Both the position numbers and the translations under genes were made by a program. The notes under the pieces are model-generated. The model did not search any database. It was given only the letters and a program-made list of their open reading frames with translations, and was not told where the DNA came from. DNA of 64,000 bases from Cyanidioschyzon merolae (taxonomy: Eukaryota). Location: NCBI GenBank assembly GCA_000091205.1, contig AP006494.2. One strand, given 5' to 3'. Below, in pieces: positions 11,722-24,115 of the stretch; positions within the stretch are counted from its first letter, which is position 1, and each line of letters begins with the position of its first letter.

Positions 11722-12816
11722 TCAACTCGTAACCAGCTCCAGCGGCTTGCACATGAGCAAGTGTTCCCGTTCCCCAGTTCGCTTCTTCCACAGTTGAGCG
11801 ATCTCTCGTTCTTGAACGGGTCGGAAGCCAAAGGTTTCGTAAAGTCTCACCCCTGCAACATTATGACGTTCGACATGGAGATACATGGCTTCGCAATATC
11901 TCCTCTGCGTCCATCGTTCGATTTCCCAGAGAACGAAGCGCCCGAGTCCGCGACGTCGGAACCCCGGCGCAATCGCCAGACCCGAGATGTAAACCGAGCC
12001 GGGCTTCCTGGTCTCCTCCAGAGCCTCTCCAGCCGTGCTCTCTTTGGCGACACGTCGTGTCTTCGTCCGATCCGCCGAGAGCAAAAACGGGAACAGGTAG
12101 CCGGGGCCAAACCAGAGTCCATCATCCTCGCATGGGTTTGGATACTCGGTCACATCCGCAGTACCGATGATTCCCTTCGCTGGCAGATCTGCGCCTGCAT
12201 CCGTCCAGGCGTTAGGATCCCGAGGTACCAGGACAAATGTGTGGTTGCGGCCGGGGTTGATCTCCAGCCGACTGCGCATACAGTTGTAGAGTTCTTCCTT
12301 GCGCCGAGCGAAAAACCATGGATCTGCAGCATACGGTGAAAAAACAAGCGTTCGTAACTCAGCAACCGCGGCAAGCTCCTTCCAGCCGTCATGGCGAAGC
12401 ACTTGCCGGAAGAGCACCGACTGGGGCGGTACCCCGCGAGCGCATTTGCTGTTATTCGCGGACTCGGTTGCCGTTGCGCCACCATGCTCGCCGGTGCCGG
12501 CCCCAGTGCCGGCACCTTGGCGCTCCGAGGATAGCGACACCACAAGCGCACCGCGTTCGCCACTGTCTGGGTCCAGGTGCCACAAGAGGGCGTTCCGTTG
12601 CAGACCCCGTCGTGGAGGACACGAAATATTCCGGTTCTGTGGACACGAGCGTCGAATCGTTTGCACCGACTGACACACCCCGGAAGCAGACAGGCGCTGG
12701 TGACTCGTGATGAAGAGCCTCGTAGCTTGCTGCACGAAAGACAACGATAAATGCAGTGCCATTGATACAGGGGCTGCCACCATCTCCCGAGAACTCGACA
12801 TCAACCGCGCGCACAA
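11722..12816 (-). CDS. GNAT-family N-acetyltransferase (C-terminal acetyl-CoA binding domain); N-terminal boundary uncertain
   Basis: C-terminal region has the GNAT motif A ISGLAIAPGFRRRGLGRFVLWEIERW...MYLHVERHNVAGVRLYETFGFRPV (Q/RxxGxG/A acetyl-CoA loop). Confidence 0.6.
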   Translation of the reverse strand: MCARLMSSSREMVAAPVSMALHLSLSFVQQATRLFITSHQRLSASGVCQSVQTIRRSCPQNRNISCPPRRGLQRNALLWHLDPDSGERGALVVSLSSERQGAGTGAGTGEHGGATATESANNSKCARGVPPQSVLFRQVLRHDGWKELAAVAELRTLVFSPYAADPWFFARRKEELYNCMRSRLEINPGRNHTFVLVPRDPNAWTDAGADLPAKGIIGTADVTEYPNPCEDDGLWFGPGYLFPFLLSADRTKTRRVAKESTAGEALEETRKPGSVYISGLAIAPGFRRRGLGRFVLWEIERWTQRRYCEAMYLHVERHNVAGVRLYETFGFRPVQEREIAQLWKKRTGEREHLLMCKPLELVTS

Positions 12817-14894
12817 GAGAAGGAATTGAAGTGTCTATTGCTTTTCTACTTGGAGAATTGGTTGCTGGTCAAACCGTGTACAGGTGCAAATCCACACGCG
12901 CAGCAGGGACTGGTTGGGCAGTGCGCTGCACGCGCTCAGTGCCGGCAGCGTAGGCTGCGTGTCGCGCTCCGCCCTGGTTGCGAGCGCCGGTTTCCCCGAA
13001 ATCTCGCTCACGTGGCGCTGTTCCTCACCGAGCACAACAGCTGCACCTGACTTGTCAATCGTCTGAGACGTGAATGAGACCCCTGGTCCGGTCTCTTGGA
13101 ACCGTACGGCTCCCGTCTGGATACCAGGGACAGGTACCCGCGCCCGCACCACTGCACAACGGATTGCGTAAGACGGCTTGTGCACGAAATCACGCTGCGG
13201 GTGCGTGCGGCGGCGATCGCCTCGCACGCAGATCGCAGCGTTCATGTGCGCGTGGGATCGCGTGCAGGTCGACTTTGCGAACTTGGATATCGGTGCTCAG
13301 GTTGTGATTGTTTGCTAATGTTATGAGGAGCTGGATATCAAGGGGTATATGTATGCGATTGATTTGCTGTACGCTCTCTCTTCTCCGTTTGCAAGTAGGT
13401 TGATCGTTACGTATTCCTGGGGCTTCGTGCCACTGGTAGCAGATGCCTCGGTTTTCATCGCTTCCCTATTTTTATGAACTAGAGGATATCACGGATACGT
13501 ATGCCACTGATGTGTTTCCTTCTGTTTTTCTTCTCCGTTTTTCAATACGTTAGTGTTTCCTGATGCCTCGAGTGCCATCTGCAGGCGTCGGGGGATCTTG
13601 ATGGAAGCGGCCAAGTTGCGACTTTGCGGTTTCCGGCCGGCCTCGACGCATATCATGCATAGACGATCGGTGGAATCGACGCATGGAATGCGATTTTGAT
13701 CCTTTTTTCGTATACCGCCTGAGTGCGCTTTTCACAGCGGTGACACGCGGCTGCGGTCAGGTGGACCTATGTACGCACCGCACCTCCGCTTATGCATACC
13801 ATCGATCGGGCGTTAGCGCTTGGTTTGCCGCGCTCTACGCATTATGGACGGATGCGGAAGGCTCGTCTCGATGCTCGCTTCCGTTTTCGCACCCGGTGTT
13901 GTACCCGACGATCACGGGCTTTCTCGGGGCGGTTTCCTCGGTGAGTACGTAATCTGCTGCATACGATGCTTGAGCTGTTCGATGCTGGGAAGGATTTGTC
14001 GAAGGCGATGTTTTCTATGATGAGAAAAGATTCGGAAGAAAACCCGTAATGCTGAGCAAGTCGAGAGATTTCGATCCGTTCGCGCTCGCTCCGCATAAAA
14101 AGCGGAGACCTGCGCTCCTCTGCTAGCGACCTCTGGCGTGACTCGGGCACGAGTCCAAGTGTCGCTTCCATGCGAACAGAAGAGACAGGAGCCAACCGGA
14201 GCACGCCCCATGAGACGTGTCATGGTGGTGCCGTTGAATGACATTTCGTCGATCGCCACAAAAGAGAGAAGGATTTGTATTTCGCACGCACAGGAGTGTT
14301 TGCATTGACATTTTCAGGGAACGTTTGGTATGAGCCAGCGAAGAAATCCTCAAGGATCGACATCGACGTTTTTCTCTCTTCAATGCTGCGGCGCGTATTC
14401 CAGTACCCATGAGGTGCCCTGAGGCAGCAACACCGAGAACTTGAAGAATGCATGATTTTCGTACGCTGAAGATGAGGAACGGAGAAGCGTGGCGTCTTGT
14501 GCGTGTGGGCGTTGCATCATGATATCGCATAGTTTACGAGCCCGTGTTCGAAAGCTTCGAGGATCATCGTGATTCCGGTGACGTAATGAATTCCTTCGAC
14601 AAAGCTTCGAATTCGCTAAGTCAACAGGACAAACGAGATGCTAAAAATAATTCGTATGAATTCGAAAGCCATTATTGCTGCCTATCGAACTTCATGGCTC
14701 TCCATCAAAAAACGTTTGAAGAGAGAATCTCACATCAGCAGCAGGGCGCGCAGCGCACGATTCCGTTCATCGGAGACCAGCATACAGAATCGCAAGTTCT
14801 AGCCAGCTGGTCGCGTCCTCGCTCCAGCGGCTGCAACGGCCGCTGCCCTACATTTCGGTGAGGACTTCTCGTAAATACGCTGTCGCTGGCTGGG

Positions 14895-15620
14895 ATGCTG
14901 AGCGGCGGCACCGAGACGCGCGTAGACCTGGTGCCGCAGACGCCGCAGCTCATCGCTCTGTACACGGTAATAAGGGATCGCCGCACCAGTCGTGGTGAGT
15001 TTGTGTTCTACGCGGATCGAATCATTCGACTCCTGCTCGAGCACGCTTTGAACCACATCCCGCTGGTACCGCGTTCCGTTGTGACCCGTCTGGGTGTCAA
15101 GTTCGACGGACTCGCATACCACGAGAAGATCTGCGGAGTATCTATCGTGAGAGCGGGAGAGGCGTTCGAGAACGGGCTGCGGCAGATAGCGCGAGCCGTT
15201 CGGGTCGGTAAGATCCTGATTCAGAAGCGTGAATCGGGGCAAGCACGTCTCATTTCCGTTCGCTTGCCACGAGATGTGTCGCAGCGATGGATCCTGGTCA
15301 TGGATCCGATGCTGGCGACCGGAGACACAGCGAAAACAGCCATTCAAGTTTTAGTTAAAGCCGGGGTTCCACTGGAGCGTATACTATTCGTGAGCATGTT
15401 CGCCTGTCCGGAAGGCATCCAAGCAGTTCTGGATGCCTTTCCGCGAGTCACGCTGGTGACCGGTGCTATCGATGCTGGTCTCACGGCGGACAAATTTATA
15501 ACGCCGGGTCTCGGCGACTTTGGCGATCTCTATTTCGGAACATGTGAGGATGATCGTGAACCGAGTTTTACGGACTCAGAGCGAGGAAGTTTTGACTGGC
15601 TGGCGCATGCAGAGGTGTGA
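14895..15620 (+). CDS. UPRT: Uracil phosphoribosyltransferase
   Basis: 241-aa ORF with PRPP-binding motif ILVMDPMLATGDTA and a C-terminal uracil-binding region (ITPGLGDFGDLYFGT). Collinear with FUR1/Upp family proteins. Confidence 0.85.
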   Translation: MLSGGTETRVDLVPQTPQLIALYTVIRDRRTSRGEFVFYADRIIRLLLEHALNHIPLVPRSVVTRLGVKFDGLAYHEKICGVSIVRAGEAFENGLRQIARAVRVGKILIQKRESGQARLISVRLPRDVSQRWILVMDPMLATGDTAKTAIQVLVKAGVPLERILFVSMFACPEGIQAVLDAFPRVTLVTGAIDAGLTADKFITPGLGDFGDLYFGTCEDDREPSFTDSERGSFDWLAHAEV

Positions 15621-18509
15621 ACGGACCGCACGGGGCGCGATACCCACCGCGACTGCAGTCCATGGCAGCAGCGCCGCTTCAGGCAGCTTCCCGGATCATG
15701 TTGGCAGAATGGCTTGCAATATTGGGCAAAAGCGCTGCTCATGAGTACGGGCTCGTTTCTGTTACGGATGGTGTGAAAGAAGATTTCCCTGGTACTGTTG
15801 ATGATCATCAGTTGGTGCCAAAAAAGGCGCAGACGCATGGTTGAAAGGGCAAAAAGCTTCAAATTTGTTGACCCAGGCAGAAAGCGCATCTCTTCGAATG
15901 CGTCCATGGATGCATGAGGCGTGCCTGCCATTTTTTGGCTGCACAACAAAGCGATTGAGGTGTGACATATTTGGGTATAGAGATCGTTGGCGTTGATTGC
16001 GGAAGCACCTCTTGCATGATTTCGTGGCTAGGAGAGACGCGTATACAGAATGCAGCCGCCAATGTTCTTTCTGCATGGGCTGGGACCGTTTACACGAATA
16101 TCGCAATCCCCGAATGTACATGGATTATCGGCTTTGGGGAGTGGGTCGACCGCTCCGCTCCAGATCCCCAACGTCCCAATGGCTACCGCCTAGTCTAGCC
16201 TCCATGAGTTATGGTTGGTTCATCGAGTTCTAGGGGTATCGAGCATTCTGTGACTGTCTCTAAAGCGAGCACGAACGCAGCACGGTATCGCCTCGTGCCT
16301 GTGGGCGCCGGCTCGAGGCGTCGTTCGCCCGAAGCAGGATCGATTCTCGTCATCAGTTTGTGCTCCGATTGGTTGCGTATGCAGACCTGCCTTCGCTGCT
16401 GGTCACCCTGGAGAAACTCCGCAGAACAGACGAATCCTGGGGTACCGAGTCTCCCGGCTGCGTGCGTGTACAGAATGTGTCGTCATTTCGTGACTTCGGC
16501 CTTGGCTCGAAATCCACCAGTTTGGAGGCGCGCGAAACGTTGCAGTTGCGTGCTCTTGCGGACGCCCCGGCCTGGAAAGCAGCCTCCAAAGTACTGCTTG
16601 ACATGGGCGTCGGCGCGAACGACAACTTGTGCGGTTTATCGCGCCAGCATGCAACGTGCCCCTAGCAGATACATCCCTACAGATCTCTTGATTGCCATCT
16701 CTAGGCTAAGAAAGACGTGCCTCACGAATGCGCTCACATTATGAGCATAGAATGCGCGGGAAGATGCGAGCAGATACGCGTGTATCGAGTGCACTGCTCG
16801 CCAAGCATGCGACTTGCACGACGTGCATAGCCGCCTCTGCACTGAGCACCTACGTGTTTGCGACGCTGGATATATGCACGAGATGCTTGACCCTGACAGA
16901 GATCAACGTTCACTTTACTTGCCGCCACAGCGATCCCGTGAACCTATTCGATGTTGCAGCGCGTATTGAGCTGACGTTCACCGTAGTTCAATGAAGGATA
17001 TATGCTCTGCACCAATATCTGCTTTTGAAACGGATCGTATGGTCGCACTTTGAATGAACACTTTGAACGATCTACCAGTTGACCCAGAAATAACATCTAG
17101 CGGTACTTGCTTGACGAGGTGCATCAAAGCGAGGGAAGCGAGGCGAGCCTTCCGCGATAAATATGCTACGCGATCCGCTTTGGCGTCCTGCATCTTTCGA
17201 TGCTACGGATGACAGCAATGCGTCTATTGATCGGTGAGCGTAAAACGACGTTTGACAATCGCAAAGACGCCTTCGTCTGGATTTAATCATCGCAAATAGG
17301 CCAGCGCCGAGAGCAGCTCGACACCAAGCCCAGAGGCGCACTCCTCGCCCGGATTTGAGTCATCGAAAACGACGTTGTCATCGCGCAGGACCGGAGAGGC
17401 ATTCGAGAACGAGAAGCCGTGAAGTTCCTCAAAAAGGACGAGGTGTCGAGCAATCCAGTCCGTTTCGCAGCTTGTACTCGACATCAAGACGGAATCGCCA
17501 TTTGGCAGATGTCGTCGGAATGCTCGTGCGTCTGCACAGTGTGAACATGGGTGATAAGCAGTACCTCTTCGAGTACCCATGTATATGTCGATCATTGTTT
17601 CCGCATAAAGTCCCATCGAGTGAGATGAACGTCCGCATCTCGCGTAACGAGCGATCACATCTGCGTCGTCGTTGTGCAGTGCATTGTTCAAGGCGGGAGC
17701 GTTCCCCATACAGGAGCGCTGATTTCTCTGTCCATAGGTGTCTCTTCCATACCGATTGTGTCAAAAGTACGGAACCTTGTCATTTTGTGGCATCCTGGCC
17801 GGTATTTCTGATAGAATGTATAGAGTGGGCTTGATTGATGAGGCGGGAGTGGCGTAGAAAAAGTCTTACAGGTTCTGATTCACTTGCAGAATGTCTCGTG
17901 TAGGCTTCAAGAGACGGTTGGCTCATGCGGATCCTGCTTCTGCAAGGACATTGGTGCAGAAGCAGGATCGTTTCTCGCATACTTGCATTGATGGCATAAA
18001 GTGTGTACGCGACCTTTTCCCAATCCACGGGACACATTCTTTTTCCTGAATACTTTCGAGAGAAGCGCGCAAGAACGAAGCGACAAGCTGGTGCAGGTGC
18101 TCAAGAATTCCCTGTTGCCATGATGACGCTCATTGCTGGGGGTGCAAGGACCACTGCGCGGCTAGCTCTTGTCCACAGGCGGTGTTCTATTCCCAGGAGA
18201 TACCTTTCCTGGCTGCAAATGGCCCTGTTCAAAACACAGCTGTTATGAACTAAACAAACACGAGGTTGTCACTGGCGATGTCTGACTGCGCGACGCGCGG
18301 CTCCCTGAACGCGTAGCCCGCCGAGGTACCTCTGGTCGAACGTGGCATAGCGACAGTACTCAGGGCTGCGGGTGCCGATCAAACTCCGTACATCGGAGTG
18401 GCGACTGAAGACCCTCTGAAGAGTACGACTACGCGGCGTTGCGCACGAGATTCGCGAGCTTTTTCAGCTGCCGTTCTTCGGTGGAAACCCCCGTGAGCGA
18501 CACCCGCTT

Positions 18510-19301
18510 GTGCAGCAAACGGAACCACAAAGTTGCCTGGCCTTGTGCGTCTTTGACACCAAGCCCGCTGCTCAGACTCTGCAGTGGATGCCCGAGCTAT
18601 CGCCAGCTTCCATAATCAATTCAGTGGAGCGTGTGCCACTGTGTCCTCCCGGCCTAACGCTGGTTCCAGAGTACCTGTCACCGTCCGTGGAGAGTCGTTT
18701 GGCGACCTATTTTCGAGAGGAGGCGAGTCAGCATTGGATACGCTTATCCAATCGGCGTGTTATTCTGTACGGTCTGCATTTCGTCTCCAATGGGTCGGGT
18801 CATCGTTGTTATACGCGCGTGATTCCGGACCTCATCAGGCAGCTCGCGGAACAACTAGTGGCTGACGGTTACCAGAACCAGGTTGCGAACCACATTCTCG
18901 TGAACGAATACCGTGTTGGTCAGGGTATCATGCCCCATGAGGATGGACCTGCATTTCTGCCGAACGCCGCTATTATTAGTCTTCTATCTGGCACAGTGCT
19001 GGACTTTTACTCGAAAGAGCTCACAGCTCGAAGCAAACCAGTGGCGAGCGTTTACCTACCACCTCGTTCACTCTGCATGATAACCGAGGAGGCCTATACT
19101 TCGTATCTGCACGGCATAGCCGAAAGGAATGCCGATGAGGGTGTCCCTCGGAGTGATCGTATCTCGCTGACATTTCGCTACACAGCCCAGCTGCCGGAGG
19201 CTACCAGAGAGGCCGCAGCGAACCAGGCGCCCCAGGCTGAGGCTCTCTCGCACTCGTCCAAGGAAAAACGTATCCTTCAATTTCTGCAGCGTCGCAAATA
19301 G
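18510..19301 (+). CDS. ALKBH6: AlkB-family Fe(II)/2-oxoglutarate dioxygenase, ALKBH6-like
   Basis: Motifs VNEYRVGQGIMPHEDGP (HxD iron ligands), SGTVLDFY, LHGIA and ISLTFRY collinear with ALKBH6. Confidence 0.7.
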   Translation: MQQTEPQSCLALCVFDTKPAAQTLQWMPELSPASIINSVERVPLCPPGLTLVPEYLSPSVESRLATYFREEASQHWIRLSNRRVILYGLHFVSNGSGHRCYTRVIPDLIRQLAEQLVADGYQNQVANHILVNEYRVGQGIMPHEDGPAFLPNAAIISLLSGTVLDFYSKELTARSKPVASVYLPPRSLCMITEEAYTSYLHGIAERNADEGVPRSDRISLTFRYTAQLPEATREAAANQAPQAEALSHSSKEKRILQFLQRRK

Positions 19302-20889
19302 GCAGGAATGGTTACGCAAGCGCTTGGACGGTTTTGAACTCATGCCCAACGAAAGACATATTGTTCGTGTTCTGCAGCGCTGCAAACTGGTTCGAATGGA
19401 TTCGCAAGAGCTTGCGAGGTCGAGGTCTCCCGCTCGTACGGGTGCAAGTATGCACTGCAAGCATGGCGATCCAGTTGGATTTACAGGCTTCATAGGTCCT
19501 CTGCGTGGTCGGTTTGACCGCTCAATGCCGCCACCGCTTTAGAACGGAGCCCGGCGCTCTGCCTGCAGCGGTGCCAGCAGTGCACTCCTGGTCATTACAG
19601 GGCGTCTCGCGCAGCGACTGGGTTGGTACGGTGCATCTCGTAAAGCATCCGCGACGAAGTTTATCGTTGTGTGACGTTTTCTAGAGCGAAATGCGCAGAG
19701 CGCTGATGTATTTTCTGCTTCGGAAGCATGCACCATATGCATCCTTTTTAATCGGTGGGCGCTGCCACTGGCACGCGGCCGATGGCCTCAGCAACTCAGG
19801 TCAGAGGCTCTGGCATTGTAGGTTGTTATTCAACGACCGCCATCACGAACCAAACCATCACTGTTGCAACCCAAGTCGGCATCGTAACGAGTGCTACCTT
19901 CAGGGAACCGGGTTCGTCCCTTGAACACGCACGAAAACAGCACCAAGGCACGGTAGGGTGCAAGGTGTCGGGTTAGCGTTCCATTCCGAGTACACCCGGA
20001 TACGTGATCGTTGTCGACAACCAGAGAAGGGACCTTCACCCTTCCCTCTACAGATGTTTCTGGATTCCATTCGTTCCCGACTAGCCTTCTCGTTGAGCGT
20101 AGAGCTCAGATCGATCTGGCGACCGTGCAGATATTGGACTACGCTCCACTGCTTACTCATCATTGAAGCGCACCTTGGACAACGTTTCGAGTTTCGAGGC
20201 GCTGGAGCCCCCGAACATCTAGAATCGTGATGCTTGCATGCAACTCGGGTTATATTCAGGCCAGGTTTGTGCATTTTGGACCCAGATTTGTCCACCTGCG
20301 CCAATCGTGTGCATGCAGGTCCAGCCAGCGTCGACTCAGATTGATACGTGAAGCGACGAACGAACCAAATGCGATCCCGTCACCAAGTACCCATAGCTTG
20401 TAGCTACGCATTCAAGAGTCGTACTAGATTTGCATCGGGCTAGAGGTGTCCGCATACGGTATGATATGCTCGTTCCACTCGTGGACTGCAGCACAGCAAT
20501 GTCGAGCATCGACGCTGCGACCATTCATGGCCGGTTGGAGCAGATAGATCCAATTTCACTACCAGTGCCATCATCCTACGTGTCCGAGATTTACAGATCT
20601 ATTCCGTTTCATCGAAGACATGAACACCGCAACTGACCAGTTTAGAAAGATATATCCAATTTCACCGGCAACACCATCGGGCACACTGGATCACACACCA
20701 TCCCTATCCCGCTTGCCGACAACGGTGTTGCAGCGACAAGTCTTTGCGCGGAGCTTGCAAACGTCTGCCTGTTCGCTTGCCAGCTGCTTGAGGCGAGCGC
20801 TGCGGGGCACTCGCAGTACGGCAAAGCGGCAGCGTTTGTCGTCGTTCGCTGAGGCACCGTCCAGGGCACAGCGACGCCGCCGGTGATGC

Positions 20890-23049
20890 ATGCTGCCTCC
20901 GGTGGCGTTTCTGCCCCAGCCGGTACGGCCTGGGACCCGTTCCAAACGCAAGCCAGAAGCCAGAGTCAAACGGCAGAAACGCGCACTTCGCCGTCGAGTG
21001 CCTTGCCAGAGTTCCTTGACGCCCAGCCGCAGTCAGGCCCCGAAAGCACTGTTTCCGGGTGACGTCGAGGCGTGGTTACGCGCTGCCGCCAAACGCCGTC
21101 AAAGGCTACAGTCTCCAGACAGCGGTGTTTTGCTGGTGCTCGCGGCGCTCGTCGGCGCAGGTACTGGCCTTGGTGTGACACTCTTCAAGACCGCGATTCG
21201 TGGCGTCTCGGATTTTGGGTACGGTGACACGGTGGCCGGCGCACTGCTACCGTTCGTCGGGTCCTTGAACTTGATCGCGGTGCCTACCATGGGTGGTGCT
21301 TGTGTCAGCTTCCTGAAACTAAGATTCGGAGCGCTAGACGGAGGTATTGAGGCCATGCTTCGATCCATGGAGAAGAATGAACGGTTCCAGAGCGCCGGTG
21401 CAATTGTTAAAGCCATAGCAGCTGTGTTCACGCTCGGGAGCGGATGTTCGCTGGGTCCAGAAGGCCCCTCTGTGGAAATCGGGGCATCAGTGGCGCGTCT
21501 CATTCCGCAATGGGCGAGTGAAAGACTACAATGGCGGCTCTCTAGTGAGCGACTGCGTCAGCTTTTCGCTTGTGGATGTGCAGCGGGCGTTGCGGCAGGT
21601 TTCAACGCTCCGTTCGCCGGGGTACTCTTCGCGAACGAAATCGCGCAGCGAGCGGGCGGGAATCACACTGAATCTGGCACTGGGGCAAGTACAACGCCGG
21701 CTTTGCTCGTGGCGTCGGCGTTGAGCTCGCTCGTTGCGAGACTGGGTCTCGGCGAGCGCCCGGCTTTCTCGATACCGAACTATGACCTGCGGAATCCGTT
21801 GCTCGAGCTTCCACTTTATCTGGGATTGGGATTCTTGGCGGGGCTGGCGAGCCTCGGGTTTCGGAAAGCGCTCCTGCTGGGTCAAAACCTTTACCAATGC
21901 ACAGGATTGCGACGGATTCCCGTTGCCTGGCGACCGCTTTGTGGTGGTCTCCTCAACGGCATGGTTGGCTTCGTCTTTCCGCAGATTCTCTTTTTTGGCT
22001 ACGACATGCTGGACGCTCTGTTAGCGGATACGAATTTCAGCATTCCGCTCCTGGCTGGCTTGCTGTTCCTGAAGCCCCTCATGACTGCCGCGAGTCTCGG
22101 CAGTGGCCTTGTGGGCGGGACTTTTGCGCCCGCTCTCTTCGTTGGTGCGAATCTGGGGGCCCTCTACTGCAAATCCATCGAATGCGCGGGCAACGCGCTC
22201 CTTGCGATTGTCTTCAAGACTTTGGGTGCAACAACGGCCACTGCACTGTCCGGTTCGATCCCGATTGCGGGGCCTCCAGCGTATGCCATGGTTGGCATGG
22301 CGGCAGTCCTAGCGGGAATGTTTCGTGCACCACTCACCGGGTGCTTGCTGCTGTTCGAGATGACCCGAGACTATCGTATCATTCTGCCTTTAATGGCGGG
22401 TGTCGGCGTCAGCACCTGGATCGCGGATGACACCAGGCAACAGGTCCGAGCTTCTCCATCCGCCTATGCAACGAAGCGAAACGAAGGCCCTTCGCCGCTC
22501 TACCTGGGGCTGCGTCCAGATGCCGAGTTTCGCTCCGTGGCAGCTTGCCTCAGCGTGCGCGATGGACTCTCACCGCTCAAACCGGTCTTCCTCGATGCGC
22601 AATGCAGCGTGTCGGTTGCACTGGAACGCTTCCGACCGCTGGAGCACGGGTGCATTCTAGTGACGACCACAATGCCGGTGGAACAGATTCAGGGGCTCGT
22701 TACCGTTCGGGATTTACTTCGGGCCAAGAGCGAGTTCGGCGCTCTGCAGGGCATCACTCTGGGTGAGATTTGCTCGACTGATTTCGAAAGCATCTCGCTA
22801 GAGGAACCACTTGTGCGGGCTCTGGAAATTCTTGAATCCAATTCAGCGCCGCTTCTGCCAGTTGTGGTCGGCACGACTACCGAGGAACGCGGGAGAAGCG
22901 AGCAACCTAATGGCGCCTATGAAAGTCCAAGTCGAATGAAGATTTCACCCTCGATGGTTTGTGGTTTTGTAGATCTGACCAGCATTGAGCGAGCGGTGCA
23001 GTTTTCTCGTCTGCAGATGGCGGCTCGCGAACCCGATGGACCAAGTTAA
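20890..23049 (+). CDS. CLC-family voltage-gated chloride channel/transporter with C-terminal CBS domains; N-terminal basic extension may be a targeting sequence or ORF over-extension
   Basis: CLC selectivity motifs GSGCSLGPEGPSVEIG, GVLFANE, GTFAPALFVGANLG; ~10 TM segments, followed by two CBS-like segments (GLVTVRDLL..., LLPVVVG). Confidence 0.85.
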   Translation: MLPPVAFLPQPVRPGTRSKRKPEARVKRQKRALRRRVPCQSSLTPSRSQAPKALFPGDVEAWLRAAAKRRQRLQSPDSGVLLVLAALVGAGTGLGVTLFKTAIRGVSDFGYGDTVAGALLPFVGSLNLIAVPTMGGACVSFLKLRFGALDGGIEAMLRSMEKNERFQSAGAIVKAIAAVFTLGSGCSLGPEGPSVEIGASVARLIPQWASERLQWRLSSERLRQLFACGCAAGVAAGFNAPFAGVLFANEIAQRAGGNHTESGTGASTTPALLVASALSSLVARLGLGERPAFSIPNYDLRNPLLELPLYLGLGFLAGLASLGFRKALLLGQNLYQCTGLRRIPVAWRPLCGGLLNGMVGFVFPQILFFGYDMLDALLADTNFSIPLLAGLLFLKPLMTAASLGSGLVGGTFAPALFVGANLGALYCKSIECAGNALLAIVFKTLGATTATALSGSIPIAGPPAYAMVGMAAVLAGMFRAPLTGCLLLFEMTRDYRIILPLMAGVGVSTWIADDTRQQVRASPSAYATKRNEGPSPLYLGLRPDAEFRSVAACLSVRDGLSPLKPVFLDAQCSVSVALERFRPLEHGCILVTTTMPVEQIQGLVTVRDLLRAKSEFGALQGITLGEICSTDFESISLEEPLVRALEILESNSAPLLPVVVGTTTEERGRSEQPNGAYESPSRMKISPSMVCGFVDLTSIERAVQFSRLQMAAREPDGPS

Positions 23050-24115
23050 TTACTTAGAGGCAATGCACAGGCAAACCGCGCTAGTTCGCTTGCTGGGGTA
23101 GCAAGCGATGAAGCGCTCCCGCCCCGCGACTGCCGCGTGCTGTACGCTATCGATAGCTGACTTTGGCACCAGGGGTGTCCGCCGCGCCTCTCGAGGCGGA
23201 CGCTACCGCTACTGCGATAAGAACACAGATTACCGTGATGATGCACTCTGTCGTGCGGTGGTTTGATCGGTATCGCATATTGGCGGAAACCAGCAGTCGT
23301 GGCTGCAGTGCTCGTTCCCGCGCATACATAGGCATGAGGCTGGATCTTGCGGCACAAACAGAGCGGCGGAAACTGAGCGTTCCGTGCCGAATACACCATG
23401 CCAGGATCCCTGTATCGATGACGGTTGCTCCATGAAGGCAATTTGTCATGATGGAATCACAAACACTAGGATCGATTTCTTGCGCCAACTATGAATTCCG
23501 TGACTGGATAGACTGGGGCAAACCCGGATCGATCGCGTAGGACACCCGATTCGTTCGTTGTTGTGACGTTGTCATGCTTTCTTCCTGGATTTGCGTGTGT
23601 GAGAGAGAGAGGGCACTCACCCATGAGCACGCTCTTGCTCTGCACTGAGCACGAGTACGGACCAGTGTTTGCGATGATTTAGGCTATGCCAACATTCGCA
23701 TCTATATCGACGGCAGCATCAGTTGGTCCCAGTTGCGCCTATCTACCCAGGGCATGCCGAAGAAAAGCCGCTATGGAGTGCGAAACGCCCTGATGACGTC
23801 ACCAGTGAGGCGGATGGTCTACGCGAATCCGCCGCACGGGTAGGTGATCGTGTTCACGAGCATCACATTGACCTCTGTGATCAAGTCAATCCATTTGTTG
23901 GCGGTTCCTGGAAAAACTTTTGCATGATTCAAAATCTCCAGATGCAAAAGAGCTTGGAAAGCGCACGCTCGTGATGCGAGCAGCATGTGCAGAGCACGCC
24001 TCGACGAAGAGCATCCACGGGCGCTAACCTGAAATCGCGCAGTAAACTCTCTGGGGAACGTTCACAAACAGACACGTACACACAGGTGTCAGTAGAAGCT
24101 CGCATACCCATTGCT

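Noticed and set aside
11458-12339. 293-aa plus-strand ORF overlapping the GNAT gene
   Set aside because: It is antisense to a conserved GNAT domain and has no recognisable motifs, so it is most likely a GC-rich spurious ORF.
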